IMG/VR virus record: IMGVR_UViG_3300036790_000826
Coordinates: 1-52,985 of that record
DNA from: a virus
Taxonomy: Duplodnaviria > Caudoviricetes
Reading direction: 5' to 3' (one strand)
Length of the DNA stretch: 52,985 nt
A program made the position numbers and the translations under genes. Shown here piece after piece: positions 16,594 to 25,482 of this stretch. The notes beneath the pieces were generated by a model. That model did no database searches. It was given only the letters and a program-made list of their open reading frames with translations, and was not told the origin of the DNA. Numbering within the stretch: position 1 is the first letter of the stretch; each line of letters starts with the position of its first letter.

Positions 16594-17124
16594 TCAGGCG
16601 TGGACGAGCGGACGGGGGCGGAACGTACGGACCGAGGCCCGACCGGCCTTTGCAGTCACTTCAGCGAAGTCCTCGATCATCAGTCGGTCTTCCGGCCTCG
16701 GACCCATCTTGAGGCCGATGCTCTCGCCGAAGGTCTTTGTGCCATCCGGCCCGAAGGAGACGAATCCGGCCGCGACCGGCAGGTCGCCCATCTTCGAGAA
16801 CGCTTGGGCGATCTCGAAATGCGTAGCTGGGTCGATCGTGAAGAAGTATCGCTCGACGCCGCTCTTGGAGCGCATCGCTACATACCGCAGCGCGTACTCT
16901 GGCGGCCGAGCCAGGTCGACGAACACTTGGAGGGCACGATAGCCGTTGTTTTCCGCGACCTTCGTCGCAGCTTCCCTCGTGGCGTAATTGCCCAGGGGCT
17001 CTTTATCAGCCGGCGTCTGGACGCTATATCCTCCGCGCTCGTTTTGCGCGACGGTCGCGGTTTCCGGCTCGGTCGAGGGGCTTGCGGCCCCGAATAGCTT
17101 ACTGATGAACGCTGGCAGTTTCAT
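16594..17124 (-). CDS. Hypothetical phage protein (start MKLPAF)
   Basis: ATGA-coupled start at 17124; C-terminal AAGFV...TFGESIGL..GPRPED motif. Confidence 0.65.
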   Translation of the reverse strand: MKLPAFISKLFGAASPSTEPETATVAQNERGGYSVQTPADKEPLGNYATREAATKVAENNGYRALQVFVDLARPPEYALRYVAMRSKSGVERYFFTIDPATHFEIAQAFSKMGDLPVAAGFVSFGPDGTKTFGESIGLKMGPRPEDRLMIEDFAEVTAKAGRASVRTFRPRPLVHA

Positions 17125-17375
17125 GTGAATGCTCCTTCCGCTGTGATCTGGTTGCCGTCTGGGGTTACAATTTTGACGATGTCCAAGGGGTGCTCGCCTC
17201 CGTCCTCGCGCCAGTGGCCGTCGCCGGTCCATAGCTCGTGGGCCTCCAGCGGATGGCAGAACGCCGCCTTGAGCCGGCGGAAGCCCTGCACGCGGAATCC
17301 ATCGAGCTTGATGCGGCCGGTGACGGCCGCGGGATCGCCGTTTCGCAGGACCACTGGCGTGGGTTTGAGGCTCAT
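17121..17375 (-). CDS. Hypothetical phage protein
   Basis: LRNG...WTGDG.W....HPLDIV small phage-protein pattern; coupled. Confidence 0.65.
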   Translation of the reverse strand: MSLKPTPVVLRNGDPAAVTGRIKLDGFRVQGFRRLKAAFCHPLEAHELWTGDGHWREDGGEHPLDIVKIVTPDGNQITAEGAFT

Positions 17376-17608
17376 GACCTGGCGAGCGGCCGTGCCGACG
17401 CATTGTAGATCCTGTAGCCGCTGCCGGCGTTGACGTGCCTGAGTACCACCCGCCGCTGAGCGCAGTGGAAGTACTTAGCCGCGGCGGCGAGGGCCGCGTA
17501 GATATAGTCGTTGGTGCTGCTGGCTGTCCGGGCACCCCTCCCGGCTCCTATGCGGGCCATGTGGGTGCCACCCTTATCAACGACGCGGACTGTGGCAGAG
17601 GTCTTCAC
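17372..17608 (-). CDS. Hypothetical phage protein
   Basis: Fills the operon gap between the MuB-like gene and the next ORF, with ATGA coupling. Confidence 0.6.
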   Translation of the reverse strand: MKTSATVRVVDKGGTHMARIGAGRGARTASSTNDYIYAALAAAAKYFHCAQRRVVLRHVNAGSGYRIYNASARPLARS

Positions 17609-17616
17609 GGCGCCCT

Positions 17617-18711
17617 TTACTTCGCCGCGTGCTGGATCTCGCCCATGGCCTGCTTGCGAAGCGCCAGGGACTTGAAAAAATCGTCCTCCAGCATTCCGCG
17701 CTTGGAGGCGCTCGCGATCTTGCTGGCGACTTCGAGCAACTTCCCGAGTGTCCGGAGCCGGCCGCCGGCCTCGTCGTTTACCAGGGCGAAAGCGGCGTTC
17801 TGCAGGGTCGCTGTCGGCTTCGGGAAATACTGCTGCAGTATGGGCAGCACGTCCGCGTTCTCGATGTGCCGGTAGAGACGCACTGGCAGGCCCACGCGGC
17901 CGAGGACCTGCTCGAACTGGTACTTGAGCTTCTTCAGCGTGTCATCGAACCGCTGGGTGGCAATCAGCCCGACGCCGCACTTCGTCTTGTCGTGGATGTA
18001 TCGGATGATCTCCAGCTTGACCGGGTTGATGTCGCGCCGGGTGTCGCCCGGCAGGAGGCGGTGGGCCTCGTCCAGTATAAGGATCCGGTTCGAGTTAAAA
18101 GACCGCAGGAGGGCCTCCAGCTGCATGTCCTGGCTACCGTTGACGTTGTGCCCGCAGCCCCTGCAGAGCGCGCGAAGGAGGGTCTTGGCACCCCCTATCG
18201 GCGGGATCTCCACGAGGACGCTCCTGCCGTGGTTGTTGGCGTCGCGCCAGGCTGTCGTCGAGATCGTCTTGCCCTGGCCGGACTCGCCGACGATGAGGGT
18301 GATCGAGTTGTTGGCTAGCGCGTAGTCCAGGCCCGAGAAGATCAGGTCGCTGATCGAATTCCTGGCGAACTTGCCGCGCTGGATCCCGATGCGGTTCGTG
18401 ACGACCCGCTTGTAGCTGTTGATCGACTTGACGATGTTCTGGTAGTTGCCCTCGTAGGTGCCCTTGAGCACGCGGTAGACCGTCGTGTTGTTGTAGTTGA
18501 TGGCCTTCCCCGCGTCCTTGTAGTTGAGGCCCTCGTCGAGGATGTGCTGGTGGAACCAGAGCAGCGCCTCGGAGATGGCGGGATCAAGGTGCCGCCAGTT
18601 TTCAAGGTTGAGCGGTATATTGATCCTCGCGGCCGCCGAAGCGGCGCGCGCCTTGTCGGAGGCGTCGACCTCGGACTCTATATCATTGACGGGTTCCTCT
18701 GTGGTGTTCAT
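17617..18711 (-). CDS. MuB-like transposition AAA+ ATPase
   Basis: N-terminal HTH, Walker A GESGQGKT and Walker B ILILDEAHRL; follows the transposase. Confidence 0.9.
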   Translation of the reverse strand: MNTTEEPVNDIESEVDASDKARAASAAARINIPLNLENWRHLDPAISEALLWFHQHILDEGLNYKDAGKAINYNNTTVYRVLKGTYEGNYQNIVKSINSYKRVVTNRIGIQRGKFARNSISDLIFSGLDYALANNSITLIVGESGQGKTISTTAWRDANNHGRSVLVEIPPIGGAKTLLRALCRGCGHNVNGSQDMQLEALLRSFNSNRILILDEAHRLLPGDTRRDINPVKLEIIRYIHDKTKCGVGLIATQRFDDTLKKLKYQFEQVLGRVGLPVRLYRHIENADVLPILQQYFPKPTATLQNAAFALVNDEAGGRLRTLGKLLEVASKIASASKRGMLEDDFFKSLALRKQAMGEIQHAAK

Positions 18712-18741
18712 GCGTGTGTCTCCTCTGTTTGTTGTCTATTG

Positions 18742-18778
18742 GGCCCCGGCCGTTTGCGCGGCCGGGGTCTTGTTTTTG
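18742..18778 (+). terminator. GC-rich hairpin with T-tract on the + strand (antisense to the early operon)
   Basis: GGCCCCGGCCG-TTTGCG-CGGCCGGGGTC followed by TTGTTTTT. Confidence 0.5.
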
Positions 18779-18787
18779 GTGGAAATG

Positions 18788-21004
18788 CTAGTCCGGCTTT
18801 TGCGAGATGGCCTTCATGAGCGCCGCGGCCTCTTCGCGGGTAAGCGTTTGCTCAGCCTCGCCCCCGCAGTCGTTGACGGCCGCTCGATCGGCATCGGTTA
18901 AACGCTTCTCCTGGTGCGCGACCTCCCGAGCGACCGTGCGCGCCGTCACCTGGACGCGCTCCTCGGCGACTGCGTGGGCCGCGATGCCGGCCGCGAGGGA
19001 GGCCGCGGCGGCCGCGTGGCGGGGCTGGGCGCCGGGCTGGCCCAGGGCGAGCCTCGCCGTCACGCCAGCCTTCTCGGGCGCTGGGATGGCGCCCCAGGCT
19101 TCGAGCTTGGCTGCGTTGTCGGCCTTCAGCGTTGCCAGGGCCGTGTCCTCGTCGGCGTGGCGGGCCCGTACGGGCGCCAGGACGGTCTTTGTGATGAGGC
19201 GGGTGATCTCGCCCTGCTCCAGGGCGATCGCCTCGCGGTTGCGGATATCGACCGCGCCGCGGCGGCGCACGGCCCCGACGTAGCGGCCGTTGGTGAGGGT
19301 GACGTAGAGGCGGTTGGGCTGCGCCGGATCCAGGTAGCCCAGGAGTTCCGTCCCCTCCGCCAGCTTCATGACCGGCGAGTCGGCGTCCGCGAAGGTGTAG
19401 CCTTCGCCGCGCAAGGTGAAGGTGACGCGGTGATTCTGCAGCGTGCAGCGCTTGGGGGTCAGGAGGAGCAGCGCCAGGGCGTGCTCGGCCGGCCGGATCC
19501 AGTTGGCGTCGCGGGTCAGCTTCTCCCAGCGCTCGACCGGACTTTCGCGGCGCGGAAGTGGCGTCAGGCTGAGGAGCATTTCCCGCGTCAGCTTCTGGGC
19601 GCGGGAGATATCGATGGCGCCGGATCCGTCAGGGAGCGCGTAGTCGCAGAGCTCCTCGAAGCCCTGCATCTTGTGGGCCGTGCGCTCTTCGAGGAAATCG
19701 AACACCTTGTGGTAGGCCGTAAGGGCCTCCTCGAAGCGCCAGAAACCCGTCTGCAGCTGGCCCCGCTGCTCGTCCGTGAGGCCCTCGGTGGAGAGGAGGT
19801 TCTCGGCGTAGAGGAGCTTCGCCTCCAGGTCGCCGGGCTTCAGCTGGTAGGTGGCGCCCTTCTGCCCTGGGAACGCGCCGGCCTGGTTCCACGCGACGTT
19901 GAACGTCGACTCTATCCAGCCCTTCTCCCACGGCTTGCCGCCTTTCTCGATGAATCCGTTCTTGAGGACCTTATCAGCCAGGAGGCCGGTGCGGGCCACC
20001 TGGACGCCCAGGAGCGCCTGCAGCATGGCCTCCACGTCCGCGCTGATCGCGGCTGAGGCGTTCTCGCAGAGGATCGTTACTCCCCAGTCCCTGGGCACCC
20101 CGAATTCACTGAAGACGGCATAGAGGAGGCCCTGGACGTCCGCCCTGGTGATCGCCTGCCGCTTGCCTTCATCGCTCTTGAAACGGGGTTTCAGGCCGAG
20201 GCCAAGCCGGCGGCGGGTCGCAACGTCCATGGCGAGGAGCCCGGTGCAGGTGCAGATCTCGTAGCGGCCGGTGTCCGGGTGGCGCGCCTGGACGAGGATG
20301 TCCGTCTCGAAGTCGTCGACGACGATCAGCTCCATCGGGCGCAGCTGGCCCGTGTCGCGGACCAGGTGAGGCAGGTAACGCTTCGCAGCAGCAACGCCGC
20401 GGCGCGCCATCTCGCGTTCGGCCCGGCTCGACTGCTTGCGGTAGAGGTTGGTCTGCGACCAGCCGCGGGGAAAGAAGCCGAAGGGATAGCGCTCGGGGAT
20501 GTCGCGCTCGGGCCAGGTCACGGCGAAATACTCGCGCCAGGTGCCGTAGGCGGGGACCGAGGCGCCCTTCGACCACTCGTCCTTGATCTGCATCATGACG
20601 GCGCGCGCCGGGTTCTCGCGCTTGTTCTGCTCCACGCGCAGGCGGAAGAACTGAACGAATTCCGCAGGGACTGCGTCCGGTCCGCGGTACTTCGGGACCA
20701 GGACGCGCCAGTCGCCCGTCGCCTTGAAGGCGTAGAAGAGCGTCTTCAGGTTGCCCGCGCTGAAGCCCCGGCCGGGATGCAGCATCGCGGCCTGGTAGCA
20801 GGCCGCGACGACGCCGGCCGGCGACGCCTTGATCTCGTCGAAGATCTGGAGCAGCTCGGCGACCCGCAGGCGCTGCTCCTCCGTCGTCTGGTTGTGGAAC
20901 TCCTCGTGGTGGGCCAGGGGGATGATCGCCGCGACGGAGGCCGGCACGGTTGCCAGCGGGGACTCGGCTAGCGCGAGGGCGGAGGATTCGGATGGGGGAA
21001 GCAT
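18788..21004 (-). CDS. MuA-like DDE transposase
   Basis: IVVDD...LLAMDVATRR, CENASA and KGWIESTFN integrase-core pattern; 738 aa; upstream of the MuB-like ATPase. Confidence 0.85.
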   Translation of the reverse strand: MLPPSESSALALAESPLATVPASVAAIIPLAHHEEFHNQTTEEQRLRVAELLQIFDEIKASPAGVVAACYQAAMLHPGRGFSAGNLKTLFYAFKATGDWRVLVPKYRGPDAVPAEFVQFFRLRVEQNKRENPARAVMMQIKDEWSKGASVPAYGTWREYFAVTWPERDIPERYPFGFFPRGWSQTNLYRKQSSRAEREMARRGVAAAKRYLPHLVRDTGQLRPMELIVVDDFETDILVQARHPDTGRYEICTCTGLLAMDVATRRRLGLGLKPRFKSDEGKRQAITRADVQGLLYAVFSEFGVPRDWGVTILCENASAAISADVEAMLQALLGVQVARTGLLADKVLKNGFIEKGGKPWEKGWIESTFNVAWNQAGAFPGQKGATYQLKPGDLEAKLLYAENLLSTEGLTDEQRGQLQTGFWRFEEALTAYHKVFDFLEERTAHKMQGFEELCDYALPDGSGAIDISRAQKLTREMLLSLTPLPRRESPVERWEKLTRDANWIRPAEHALALLLLTPKRCTLQNHRVTFTLRGEGYTFADADSPVMKLAEGTELLGYLDPAQPNRLYVTLTNGRYVGAVRRRGAVDIRNREAIALEQGEITRLITKTVLAPVRARHADEDTALATLKADNAAKLEAWGAIPAPEKAGVTARLALGQPGAQPRHAAAAASLAAGIAAHAVAEERVQVTARTVAREVAHQEKRLTDADRAAVNDCGGEAEQTLTREEAAALMKAISQKPD

Positions 21005-21011
21005 GGAGGCT

Positions 21012-21410
21012 TTAAGTTGAGGATTGAGCCGGGCTGGGCGGATTCGCAGGATCCGCCGATGTGGCCGTGGAAACGCGGGATTGACCCAGAGCTCGCCGCG
21101 CTGCGGGAACGTGTAGCGGTGCTGGAAGCGCTGCTAAAATCTCAGGGAGAGAATCTCGGATTGCTGAACCGTCAGCTCCAAGCAGCCCAGGCTCGCTTTG
21201 AAGAGACGCGCGGAATTGCGCTAGAGAGAGGACTTTACCAGACTGACATTCTAGTGCGGCTCGCAGAGCGCCTCGGAGTTCACACAGGTGATCGGCCGCC
21301 TGACGCCAACCGCGCAGATCCCGGCATTCCTCCTGCGTCTGCATCAGGAGCAGATAGGCCAGTTCCAGGCGCGCGCGGCTGAGCGCAGCGAAAGGGAGCG
21401 GAGCGCTCAT
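21012..21410 (-). CDS. Hypothetical protein (start MSAPLP)
   Basis: ATGA-coupled to the DUF3102-like gene; ends 7 nt before the transposase start. Confidence 0.5.
   Translation of the reverse strand: MSAPLPFAALSRARLELAYLLLMQTQEECRDLRGWRQAADHLCELRGALRAALECQSGKVLSLAQFRASLQSEPGLLGADGSAIRDSLPEILAALPAPLHVPAARRALGQSRVSTATSADPANPPSPAQSST
21059..21382 (+). CDS. Possible antisense coiled-coil protein (107 aa, MWPWKR...)
   Basis: Heptad pattern LAALRERVAVLEALL...; AGGA upstream of the ATG; fully overlaps the minus-strand ORF. Confidence 0.35.
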   Translation: MWPWKRGIDPELAALRERVAVLEALLKSQGENLGLLNRQLQAAQARFEETRGIALERGLYQTDILVRLAERLGVHTGDRPPDANRADPGIPPASASGADRPVPGARG

Positions 21411-22098
21411 ACGGGGATCGCTGCGCCGACCTTGGCCTGGCCGCGGAGGCGCTTCCATTGGCCGTAGATGTCCTCCATGTTCTGGTCCAGGGACTCCAGC
21501 TGCTGGGGCGTCAGGCGCATCAGCGCCTCGGCTGATGTCACGATCGAGCGGAAGCCGGACAGCCGCTCAGCCACGTCCGCGAAGAAATCCATCTGGACGC
21601 CAGCATTCGGGCCGCCTTCGCCCCCTAGCGCCGCTTTGATTCCTGCGCTCTTGATGCCGTGCTTTATCAGCAGCTCGTGCAGGCTTAGGTTGCCAATGAA
21701 CCCGGAGGCCTTCTCAACAAAGGCGCGCTTTTCTCCTTCGAGGTTGCCCAGGACGAGCGCGTCTTGTCCCTTGGGGAGCGCGATTAGCTCGGCCTTCGTT
21801 AGGCGGCTTTTCTCGGCGAATGTCATCGCCAGTCGCATGAGGTAGTTCGCATAGCGGTCACCGAATTCGGCTATGTTCTGCTCGACCCACTTGCCGAACG
21901 TGCCGTGGGGCATCGCCTCCTTCATCCGGCAGAGGGTTAAGCCGATCAGGAGCCCAAATGTGGCCTCCCGGTTTCGGAGAACCTGCATGTGGCGCAGGCC
22001 CTCGACTACATATAGCTGGAGCCGCGTGATCTCAGCCGCGTCCCCTTTTGGGCTGCTCGCTGAGATAAGCGCGAGTGTGGAAGTTGAAGGCTTAGGCA
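21407..22098 (-). CDS. DUF3102-like protein
   Basis: IGLTLCRMKEAMPHGTFGKWV...RYANYLMRLA motif, common before the transposase in Mu-like phages; start MPKPST. Confidence 0.7.
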
Positions 22099-22451
22099 TT
22101 GGAAAGGGTCGACTGCAGTTCACGAATTAGGGTCCGGCGCGTAGCGGCCGGCAGCGTGTGGAGAAGCCTCGTTCGCTTCGCCAGCGGCCCCGTGAGGTGC
22201 CTAATCGCATACTCTCGATAGCACTCGATCGGCACCCTTGCGCATCGCCGCTTGGCTCCAGCGCCTTTTAGATCGATCGCAGTCAACTCGCCGGCATCGA
22301 TCTCATGGAAAATATGCCGCTCTGAGACTTGAAGGCGCTTGGCAATCTCCGGCACCAACACGATGCTCCTCCCAGGGAAGTCCAATGACCGAGGAAGCAT
22401 CACCTGGTCGCTATCCATTTCAGTCAGCTCGGTGCGCCGCCTTTGCCTCAC
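22092..22451 (-). CDS. Excisionase/MerR-type HTH protein
   Basis: VPEIAKRLQVSERHIFHEIDAGELTAID...RVP; true start probably at an internal ATG. Confidence 0.65.
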   Translation of the reverse strand: MRQRRRTELTEMDSDQVMLPRSLDFPGRSIVLVPEIAKRLQVSERHIFHEIDAGELTAIDLKGAGAKRRCARVPIECYREYAIRHLTGPLAKRTRLLHTLPAATRRTLIRELQSTLSNA

Positions 22452-22641
22452 GGATGAGTTCCCGCTGCCTGCGGATCAACTGAGAGCGGAATGGACTCGC
22501 CCGCTCCCCGCTGAGCACGCGCAGGATGTGTCCCTTGCTCAGGCCGAATTCGTCAGCCAACGCCTTCACGAACGGATAGGCGGCTTTCGGCTTGTGGCGC
22601 GGTAGTGTTGCGGCAACCATAAATCGAACGAAACCGGACAT
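22420..22641 (-). CDS. Ner/Cro-like HTH regulator
   Basis: VKALADEFGLSKGHILRVLSGER HTH; first gene divergent from the repressor (start 22641 or 22620). Confidence 0.7.
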   Translation of the reverse strand: MSGFVRFMVAATLPRHKPKAAYPFVKALADEFGLSKGHILRVLSGERASPFRSQLIRRQRELIREAKAAHRAD

Positions 22642-22680
22642 AACCGAACACGCAAGTCAAATGTTCGGTTTCGTTCGGTT
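22625..22680. promoter_or_regulatory. Immunity switch operator region
   Basis: 17-bp inverted repeat CGAACGAAACCGGACAT (22625-22641) / ATGTTCGGTTTCGTTCG (22661-22677), 16/17 match, with an extra AACCGAAC half-site and a minus-strand TTGACT between them. Confidence 0.7.
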
Positions 22681-23283
22681 ATGATCTTCAGCCAGAAATT
22701 TACGCGATTACGCCTTCGCTACGGACTAACCATTCGGGACGTCGCTGCAGCGCTCCGCGTCGGCGTCGGCACAGTCGGCGCGTGGGCATCAAGCGCGCGG
22801 CCGCGCCCTGATCTAGCGCGTCGACTGGCTGAACTGCTGAAAATCGATCTCGACGCCCTGATGGACGATGAAGTGGAGCTTCCGCCGGTCGCCCAGCTAA
22901 CCGCTGATCCTATCGTAAATGAAGTTCTCCTCGAATGTGGTCCTAGTCATCCCGAGGAGATCGTCAGAGCATCCCGCGCAATTATTGAAAATACACGTTT
23001 CTTTGATCGCGACTCATTGCTTCGAGAATTGGACCTAATTAGGCAAAATATAGGCGATCTGGATACTGAAAAACTCAGGGCCGCATTGGTCGCCATTCAA
23101 CGACAGTTAGCTGAGCTCCAGGCAAAGTTGCCGATCCCAAAAAAACGCCATCGACACCCACACCTCACCAGGGATCACGAAAAGGCCATCAAATCCGTAC
23201 TATCAAAGGAGCGTCAAAGTAAGAAAGGAGAGGGCGGTCACTCGTCCGAACGTAAAGAGCAGGGTGGTGCTGGGGGACAATAG
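22681..23283 (+). CDS. XRE-family prophage repressor
   Basis: FSQKFTRLRLRYGLTIRDVAAALRVGVGTVGAW...RPR XRE HTH; divergent from the Ner-like gene. Confidence 0.8.
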   Translation: MIFSQKFTRLRLRYGLTIRDVAAALRVGVGTVGAWASSARPRPDLARRLAELLKIDLDALMDDEVELPPVAQLTADPIVNEVLLECGPSHPEEIVRASRAIIENTRFFDRDSLLRELDLIRQNIGDLDTEKLRAALVAIQRQLAELQAKLPIPKKRHRHPHLTRDHEKAIKSVLSKERQSKKGEGGHSSERKEQGGAGGQ

Positions 23284-23475
23284 AGCTGGCAATGCTTACA
23301 ACGGGTACCACTTGCGGTCAGCTCTATGTCCCTGATCAGACCTAGTGCCAGCGAAAGAGCCCTCCAACGCGATCTACACTTCGACCATTCGAACCGAAGT
23401 GCCATCGCAGTTGTTGTTGGGTAAATTTCAATTCTATTGCCTTGGGGTATTTGAATATTAGGCATCGTGCTGGAA

Positions 23476-23838
23476 ATGGATACTACCCCAAAGCCCCAGG
23501 AGAAGAGCGAGAAGGTGAGCCCCGGTGCTGCAATAGCGGTCATGCTATTCATGATTCCGGTTTGTTTTCTTTTCTATAAATGCGAGAACGCCACCCTTGA
23601 TGCCCATGAGCGACGTCATCAAGAGGCGACAGCTCTTCAGGCGAACATTGATTCAGCGGTCGATCTAAAGGGAGTCGTATATGGCATGACTGCCGATCAA
23701 GTTCGCGACTCGTGGGGCGAGCCGCTACGGAAAGACCATCTTGACGCCGGCCGCCACCATTACGACACGCTTTATTATTCTGGAGACCGCATTGTGACTT
23801 TGACGGATGGCCGAGTAAACGACGTCGAAACTCACTGA
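23476..23838 (+). CDS. Membrane-anchored protein with SmpA/OmlA-like small domain
   Basis: One hydrophobic segment, then GMTADQVRDSWGEP...YY...LTDGRV pattern; lower GC; behind the repressor. Confidence 0.6.
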   Translation: MDTTPKPQEKSEKVSPGAAIAVMLFMIPVCFLFYKCENATLDAHERRHQEATALQANIDSAVDLKGVVYGMTADQVRDSWGEPLRKDHLDAGRHHYDTLYYSGDRIVTLTDGRVNDVETH

Positions 23839-23879
23839 TCATTCCGGTCGGCCTGGCAATCTCATCCGCTGCCCAGATC

Positions 23880-24034
23880 GGTCAAATTCGAACCGTGTGC
23901 GAATTCGCACGGCGGTTCGAATTTAGATCCATTATCGAGGGACCAACAGCGCGGATTGGGCCCGTTTAGAACCGTATGCGGAGCCGCACAAAGACTCGAA
24001 ACAGGTCAAATTCGAACCGTGTGCGAATTTGCAC
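23880..24034. repeat. 31-bp direct repeat pair with palindromic structure upstream of the late operon
   Basis: GGTCAAATTCGAACCGTGTGCGAATT(C/T)GCAC at 23880 and 24004; the first copy extends into a hairpin ending CGGTTCGAATTT. Confidence 0.85.
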
Positions 24035-24172
24035 AAAATGACGGAATCAGGATCCTCAGAAGGGATGTAGTTCCCAATTTTTCCCAGTTTCGCACAAAAT
24101 AGCAGGAATGGAGCGAATGGAGCGAACCGTAGGGTAACGCCCTTTCCGGATTGATGGCATGATGGCGGGGTC

Positions 24173-24403
24173 TTGAAGCAGCCAGCTTCCCAACGCCCCG
24201 CCGAATCGTCGCAGCCTTCACAGGTCGTCGGAGCTGTTTCGTCCGTGGATGGCGAGCTAGTGACGCTCACGGTCAAGACGCTGCTCGACGGAAAGAAGAC
24301 GTTCTCCTTCACGGCGGCGCTGGCAAGCAACGTCGCCCGCGATCTTAGGAATGCGGCCGAAGAGGCAAAGCTCCGGGCTGACAAGAGGGGAGGCCGCGGA
24401 TGA
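24173..24403 (+). CDS. Hypothetical protein, first late gene
   Basis: ATGA-coupled to the holin-like gene; start codon uncertain. Confidence 0.5.
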   Translation: MKQPASQRPAESSQPSQVVGAVSSVDGELVTLTVKTLLDGKKTFSFTAALASNVARDLRNAAEEAKLRADKRGGRG

Positions 24404-24699
24404 AGCGGATCCAGGCGCACTTCGGTAAGCACGGCATCATCTGGCTCATCATCGCCCTCGGCTTCATCAATGCGTTCATAGCGCGGTTCAAGGACACGAC
24501 GCCCGCGCAGCGCACGCAGATGCAGACCATGGAATGGTCGGTCGCCTACGCCCAGATCACGGCCGGCGGCATGATCGCCTGGGTCGCGTACCTGAAGCGT
24601 CCGAAGGATTCGGAGGACGACGACGATGACGACGCTCCGCCGTCTCCCGCTCCGCAGCCTGCTCCCGTGGCCATAGCGCCGCCCCCTTCCACGACATGA
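24400..24699 (+). CDS. Holin-like membrane protein
   Basis: Two hydrophobic segments and a charged C-terminal tail; start of the late operon. Confidence 0.55.
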   Translation: MKRIQAHFGKHGIIWLIIALGFINAFIARFKDTTPAQRTQMQTMEWSVAYAQITAGGMIAWVAYLKRPKDSEDDDDDDAPPSPAPQPAPVAIAPPPSTT

Positions 24700-25283
24700 A
24701 AACCAACCGCCTCATATTCGGCGCCCTGTGCGCCTTCGCCCTCCTGCTCACCACCGGATGCGGTGCTCTGTACCAGCCCTCCACGCCAGCGGCCGCAACG
24801 TCAACGGGAGCAGCGTCCTCCGCGACGTCGCCGATAGTGCTCGCGCTCGAAAACCCGAACTCGATCGGCAAGACGGTTCAGGCGGGCGTGCAGTTCGGCG
24901 CCACGGCCTTCCTGGCGAACAAGAACAACCAGCAATATGCGGGCGAGCTCGATGCCGCGGCCGACGCGCTCGTCATGCTGGCGCAGAGCAATCCCGCGCT
25001 GATAACGCAGGCCGACATCCAGGCGGCGCTTAGTGCAGCCAAAGTGTCGGCTGCTACGGCCTCCGAGATCGCGAGCTATTCCTCGTCCGGGCTCTCCCTC
25101 TTCGAGTCGAACTTCACGACCAGCTTTCCGGCGCTGAAACCCGACTACGCGATCTATCTCTACGCTCTTGCCAATGGCCTTTACGGAGCGACGGGCAAGG
25201 CATCGAACGAGATCCCTCTTCCGGTCATTCCCTGGCCTCCGACCGCGGCCGCCGCGCCCACGTCAACCCCTCCCACCAGCTGA
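24696..25283 (+). CDS. Lipoprotein of unknown function
   Basis: Signal MKTNRLIFGALCAFALLLTTG-C with lipobox. Confidence 0.7.
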   Translation: MKTNRLIFGALCAFALLLTTGCGALYQPSTPAAATSTGAASSATSPIVLALENPNSIGKTVQAGVQFGATAFLANKNNQQYAGELDAAADALVMLAQSNPALITQADIQAALSAAKVSAATASEIASYSSSGLSLFESNFTTSFPALKPDYAIYLYALANGLYGATGKASNEIPLPVIPWPPTAAAAPTSTPPTS

Positions 25284-25287
25284 TCCG

Positions 25288-25482
25288 ATGGGACTCCTGG
25301 CCAGCTTCCTCACCTTCTTCAAGGGCCTCTTCGGCTACGAGAAGCAGCGCGACGCCGAAAACAACACGGCGCCGATGCAGGCGAATGCCCAGGCCCAGCA
25401 GATCCAGAAGGACAAGGCGGCCGCGGCAGAGGAGGTCAGCTCGGGCAACTTGGAAAAACTACGAGAGGAAACCGCAGAATGA
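25288..25482 (+). CDS. i-spanin-like small protein
   Basis: Hydrophobic N-terminus plus helical body; coupled to the following lipoprotein. Confidence 0.45.
   Translation: MGLLASFLTFFKGLFGYEKQRDAENNTAPMQANAQAQQIQKDKAAAAEEVSSGNLEKLREETAE

Noticed and set aside
23880-24034. Mini-CRISPR interpretation of the 31-bp repeat pair
   Set aside because: Only two copies separated by 93 bp and no cas genes; kept as a regulatory or structured repeat.
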